From Dehalococcoidia bacterium (lineage in GTDB: Bacteria > Chloroflexota > Dehalococcoidia > Lucifugimonadales > JAGWBF01), in assembly GCA_965248975.1 (NCBI GenBank), contig CBDFKU010000017.1, positions 27,236 through 91,235 on the forward strand: a stretch of 64,000 nt of DNA. Reading direction: 5' to 3'. Numbering within the stretch: the first letter of the stretch is position 1; each line of letters begins with the position of its first letter. Under the pieces are notes generated by a model. It was not told the DNA's origin and made no database searches. It worked only from the letters and a program-made list of their open reading frames with translations. Of the stretch, positions 60,303 to 64,000 are shown piece by piece. Made by a program: the position numbers and the translations under genes.

Positions 60303-60665
60303 CTATCTGGAATCCAGCACCTCTTTAAGGACCACTCGGTGGCAACGGGTGCCAGGCGTGTTAAGGTTCTCGTGGCAGAGCAAAGTGACGGTGCCGTGGG
60401 TTTCCTCCAGACGCTCCACCTCCGCCAGACGGGCCAGTCCTTCCCGGGAGCCGGTAACCTGCTCCCGGTACCGAGCGGAGAAGGTTTCCCAGTCCGTCCG
60501 TCCCTTGCGATAAGAATCCAGCAATGAGGCGTCCGGGCCCAGGTCCCGGAGCCACAGGTCCACCTTCTTCTTCGAAACTCCCCGGGGCCAGTGGCGCATG
60601 ACTAGCAACCGGAATCCATCCTGGGGCTCCTGTGGATCGTAGTACACGCTCTTGGTCTTAATCAA
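60303..60665 (-). CDS. DUF488-family protein
   Basis: ..GFRLLVMRHWPRGVSKKKVDLWLRDLGPDASLL..TVTLLCHE.. is the typical DUF488 pattern. Confidence 0.7.
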   Translation of the reverse strand: MIKTKSVYYDPQEPQDGFRLLVMRHWPRGVSKKKVDLWLRDLGPDASLLDSYRKGRTDWETFSARYREQVTGSREGLARLAEVERLEETHGTVTLLCHENLNTPGTRCHRVVLKEVLDSR

Positions 60666-60786
60666 AGGCTAACCCCTGGAAGCGAGGTTTCGTGTCTAGG
60701 CGCAAGATATAGTCGGGGGTGCCGACACCGAGGGCTGTGAATCGGACAGCCGGTGGGACTCGGGAACCTCCATAGAGGCTCCCGAG

Positions 60787-61836
60787 TCAGGGCAATACGC
60801 TGATACCCTTGCTCCCATCAGGGGATATTTCGCCGATGACCACCGAGTCGGCCACCCCGCCGGCCTGTAGTTCCTTCATCAGCGAGTCAGTCCTTTCGCC
60901 GGGGACGGAAATCAGCAGGCCCCCCGATGTCTGGGCGTCGCATAGAAGCAGCTTGGCGGCTTCGGAGATCTCGGGGTGCCAGGAGACAGACCGATCCACG
61001 CCGTCCAGGTTACGGTGGGTCCCGCCGGGTGCGATCCCCTGGTCGAGCAACTCCCAGACGCCGGGCAGCACCGGAATGTTGGATAGCCGTAGCACGGCTC
61101 CGACGTCGCTACCCTCTACCATGCCCTTCAGGTGACCCATCAGCCCGAAACCGGTAACGTCGGTGGCGGCGTTTACTCCCACCTTGACCATCGCTTCAGA
61201 AGCCGCCCTGTTGAGGGTGCTCATGGCGGCCACAGCGCCTTCGATGACTTCCGGTCTCGCCACTCCGTTCTTGCCTGCCGTGGTGATGATGCCGGTGCCC
61301 AGGGGTTTGGTCAGCACCAGCCTGTCCCCCGGCTTGGCGCCCGCGTTGGTGATCTGCTTGCCCGGCTCCACCAATCCCACGGCGGCCAGCCCGTACTTGG
61401 GCTCGCGATCGTCTACCGTGTGGCCTCCGATAATGAGGCATCCGGCCTCCCGGGCCTTGGTTGAGCCGCCCCGCAGAATCTCGCCCAGTATATCCTTGGG
61501 AAGCTCGGCGGGAAAGCCGACGATATTCAGACCCAGCAGGGGCTTGCCTCCCATGGCGTATATATCGCTGAGGGAGTTGGCGACGGCGATGGATCCGAAG
61601 CTAAAAGGATCGTCCACGATGGGCGGGAAGAAGTCGACCGTCAGCACCAGGGCGGTGTCTTCGCCGATGCGATAGACTCCGGCGTCGTCCCCGGTTTCCG
61701 TGCCCACCAGCAGGTTAGGGTCGTGCATCGCCGGTGGTAAATGGCTCAGGACCTGGACCAGGTCCTCCGCGCTAAACTTGGCGGCTCAACCGGCGCAGTG
61801 CGCCAGAGAGGTTAGCTTGATCTCTTCCTTCTGCAT
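60787..61836 (-). CDS. selD: Selenide, water dikinase (selenophosphate synthetase) with Sec at codon 17
   Basis: The track ORF starts at an internal Met (61728). Upstream, in frame, is MQKEEIKLTSLAHCAG-U-AAKFSAEDLVQVLSHLPPA with TGA at 61786-61788. The U aligns with the catalytic Cys/Sec of the SelD glycine-rich N-terminal loop. The body reads ..DDAGVY..DFFPPIVDDPFSFG..ANSLSDIYAMGG. Confidence 0.8.
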
Positions 61837-62014
61837 GATCCCTCGAAGTGGCGCTGAATCCGACTTAATTATATCACGCCCATCAGGTGTGATCCGGCTG
61901 AACCTATAGTGTGAGGGTGTGATATAGTTAAATGAAGGGATCGCCTGCCCTATAAAACTCGAGGATAGTCCGCTGCTGCGAAAGCTCAGATCCCCTATTT
62001 ACCTCACACTGTTT

Positions 62015-63205
62015 ATGGCCATCCTGGCTTTGGCCATTGCCCTGGGCAGCTGGGGTGTTCAGCTGCGCCGAGATGGCGGCGACGGAAGCTCATCATCAAC
62101 CAACGCTGTCGGCACCGTCCCCGAAGGCATTCCCACCGAGTTCAACAGGCTGTTCGAGGTGTGGGCGACCCTGAAACGGGACCACTTCGAGCGAGACTCT
62201 CTCGATGCGGAGGTGCTGACCGAAGGGGCAATCCAGGGAATGCTCCGGGCACTGGACGACCCCTACGCCTCTTACCTGGACTCCCAGCAGTATGCCATGG
62301 AGTCCCAGGACTTCAAGGGTTTCTTCGAGGGGATCGGTGCCGAGGTGACCATGCGAGATGGACAGGTCACTATCGTGGCGCCCATCCCGGACACCCCGGC
62401 TGAACAAGCCGGGATCAGGCCTGGTGACATCATCCTTGAGATCGACGGCGAGAGCACGGAGGGGATCTCGTTACTGGAGGCGGTCAGCAAGATCCGTGGG
62501 ACCAAAGGGGCCGGGGTCGACCTGGTAATTCGACACCAATCAGGGGGCGACCCTGTAAGCCTGACCATAATTCGTGATGTGATAAACGTCACCAGCGTCA
62601 GGCTCAAGATGCTGGTCGGGCGGATCGCCCAGGTCAACATAACCAGCTTCACTGATGACACCAACGACGAGATCGAGAAAGTCCTAGAACAGGTGGAGAG
62701 GTTTCAGGCCAGAGGAATCGTCCTCGACCTCAGGAACAATCCCGGCGGTCTGCTGGATTCGGTGGTCCACGTTACGAGCCAGTTTGTGGAAGACGGCCTG
62801 GTCCTTTACGAGGTCGACGGCCGGGGCAGGCGGCGGGACTGGCCTGTCAGGTCGGGTGGCCTGGCGAAGGACATACCGTTAGTGATGTTGGTCAACGAGT
62901 TCAGCGCCAGTGGAAGCGAGGTGCTGGCGGGGGCGTTGATGGACCAGAATCGCGCCACCGTCATCGGAGCCAAGACGTTCGGCAAAGGCAGCGTTAACAC
63001 CCTCAGGCAGCTCAGCGACGGCTCGGGACTTTACTTCACCATCGCTCGCTGGTATACGCCCAACGGCACGTTGATCGAGGCGGAGGGATTGGAGCCCAAC
63101 ATAGCCGTGGAGCAGCCCGAAGACGGCTCCGAGGACCTTCAGCTTGATAAGGCCATCGAAGTTCTGGAGGCCCAGATAAAAGCTCTTGGACAAGAAGCAG
63201 GATAA
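62015..63205 (+). CDS. ctpA: S41-family C-terminal processing peptidase with a PDZ domain
   Basis: ..GIGAEV..V..PIPDTPAEQAGIRPGDIILEIDG.. is the PDZ domain. ..LDLRNNPGGLL.., ..NEFSASGSEVLAGAL.. (Ser) and ..TFGKGS.. (Lys) follow. The start may lie upstream. Confidence 0.85.
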   Translation: MAILALAIALGSWGVQLRRDGGDGSSSSTNAVGTVPEGIPTEFNRLFEVWATLKRDHFERDSLDAEVLTEGAIQGMLRALDDPYASYLDSQQYAMESQDFKGFFEGIGAEVTMRDGQVTIVAPIPDTPAEQAGIRPGDIILEIDGESTEGISLLEAVSKIRGTKGAGVDLVIRHQSGGDPVSLTIIRDVINVTSVRLKMLVGRIAQVNITSFTDDTNDEIEKVLEQVERFQARGIVLDLRNNPGGLLDSVVHVTSQFVEDGLVLYEVDGRGRRRDWPVRSGGLAKDIPLVMLVNEFSASGSEVLAGALMDQNRATVIGAKTFGKGSVNTLRQLSDGSGLYFTIARWYTPNGTLIEAEGLEPNIAVEQPEDGSEDLQLDKAIEVLEAQIKALGQEAG

Positions 63206-63653
63206 CCACAAGACGATCACGGTCAATAGAAAGGCCCACTTCGACTACCATGTCCTGGAGCGAATCGAAGCGGGTCTGGTGCTCACGGGTACGGAGATAA
63301 AATCGATTCGGCGGGGGAACGTCAACATCCGGGAAGCCTACGCCAAACCCCAGGATGGCGAGATGTGGCTTTTCAACGCCCACATAGCCCTCTATAAAGA
63401 AGGCGGCATCTCCAATCACGACCCGATCCGTCCCCGCAAACTCCTCTTGCATAGAGACCAGGTGGCTGACCTGGCCGGCAGCGTGGGCCAGAAGGGGCTT
63501 AGCATAGTTCCCCTTAGCCTTTACATCAAGGGCCATCACGCCAAGGTAGAGTTGGGCCTGGTGCGGGGGAAACGGCAGTACGATAAACGTCGCGTCATCA
63601 TCGATCGGGATAGGGATCGAGAGGCCCGGCGGGCAATCAGGCGCGCTGTATAG
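63186..63653 (+). CDS. smpB: SsrA-binding protein
   Basis: ..ITVNRKAHFDYHVLERIEAGLVLTGTEIKSIRRGNVNIREAYA..LFNAHIALY..HDPIRPRKLLLH.. Confidence 0.9.
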   Translation: MDKKQDNHKTITVNRKAHFDYHVLERIEAGLVLTGTEIKSIRRGNVNIREAYAKPQDGEMWLFNAHIALYKEGGISNHDPIRPRKLLLHRDQVADLAGSVGQKGLSIVPLSLYIKGHHAKVELGLVRGKRQYDKRRVIIDRDRDREARRAIRRAV

Positions 63654-63721
63654 GCACGGACCCAGTACCGGGTACCTCCACGAACCCCTGACTCTTGCCT
63701 CGATCCAACACCACAATGCCC

Positions 63722-63751
63722 TTGACACGCGACGTCAACGAAGGCTAAAAT
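63722..63751 (+). promoter_or_regulatory. Sigma70-like promoter downstream of smpB
   Basis: TTGACA (63722-63727), 18-nt spacer, TAAAAT (63746-63751). Confidence 0.45.
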
Positions 63752-63838
63752 TGTTATTACACCGCTTGCGCGGGAGTCTAGATAAGGTGTTCTGAGGAAT
63801 GCCGGGAGGTGATCAATGAGTGATTATTTAAGTAACAG

Positions 63839-63938
63839 GGGGCGATGGTAGGCACCTGTCTGGACCCGAAAGGGTCGACGTCCCTTAAATAAAGAGCTAT
63901 AAGTTGGTCGGGCCCAGGCGAGTGCCTACCATCGCCCC
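63839..63938 (+). ncRNA. Unassigned 100-nt structured element (17-bp closing stem) overlapping the end of an 11-codon mini-ORF
   Basis: GGGGCGATGGTAGGCAC (63839-63855) is perfectly complementary to GTGCCTACCATCGCCCC (63922-63938). An internal GACCC-GAAA-GGGTC tetraloop hairpin is present. The mini-ORF 63816-63851 (MSDYLSNRGRW) follows GGGAGGTGAT. Confidence 0.4.
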
Positions 63939-64000
63939 GGGGCCTCGAGGCTCCGGCGACAGGAACCTTCAAATGGGCCCTGGCCAACTCTCCAAGCATC

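Noticed and set aside
63838-64000. Calling the element downstream of smpB a tmRNA (ssrA).
   Set aside because: The GGGGGCG start and a GUCGACG box are suggestive. However, the 5' segment pairs perfectly with a segment only ~70 nt away instead of with a distant 3' end. I could find no tag-coding frame ending in ..ALAA plus a stop, and the window ends too early to see a T-arm or CCA.

Overview
High-GC bacterial chromosomal segment. An unlinked 23S gene, Sec-containing SelD and the general gene content fit a Chloroflexota-like organism, but I cannot prove the lineage from sequence alone.

Layout:
- 1-15.1 kb: a decayed prophage. It holds a methyltransferase-like gene and a ParB-like gene, a frameshifted small-terminase-like gene, and a large-terminase stub cut by an IS. 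After that come only tail-module genes: fibre-like proteins, an HK97-gp10-like protein, a chaperone, a tape measure and a distal tail protein. There are no portal, capsid, lysin or integrase genes.
- 15.3-20.5 kb: an IS graveyard. Two IS110-family elements, an IS3-family element and a truncated IS630-family element are nested or abutting. An earlier IS3 copy (2978-5892) itself carries an IS256-family insertion.
- 20.8-33.1 kb: housekeeping genes (SWIM protein, alaS, ruvX, ferredoxin, hydrolase, TetR plus a giant BcrA/HgdC-type activase pair, SDR).
- 33.1-34.4 kb: an AT-rich islet with an ApeA-like HEPN gene broken by an in-frame TGA. A GMC oxidoreductase and a second, inverted IS630 copy follow.
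- 37.5-43.6 kb: an A8-tract frameshifted gene, a GAF histidine kinase with a NarL-type regulator, and then two tandem ftsZ genes. The upstream ftsZ copy has degenerate GTP-binding loops. All three transcription units carry a shared ~44-nt promoter-proximal module.
- 43.8-55 kb: a SEC-C mini-protein, glpX, class I fba, tRNA-Leu, an SQR/NDH-2 remnant, DinB, a UGSC-type selenoprotein next to a gene with an in-frame TAG, otsBA and a SagB-type protein.
- 55.4-58.8 kb: a lone 23S rRNA with a helix-45 expansion, followed by initiator tRNA. No 16S or 5S is present.
- 59-64 kb: a dockerin-protein remnant, DUF488, Sec-containing selD, an S41 protease, smpB and an unassigned structured leader.

I saw no CRISPR array. 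Several single-nucleotide frameshifts and in-frame stops occur, so assembly error and genuine gene decay must be separated before any of them is interpreted. All homology statements are by-eye motif recognition; no searches were run.
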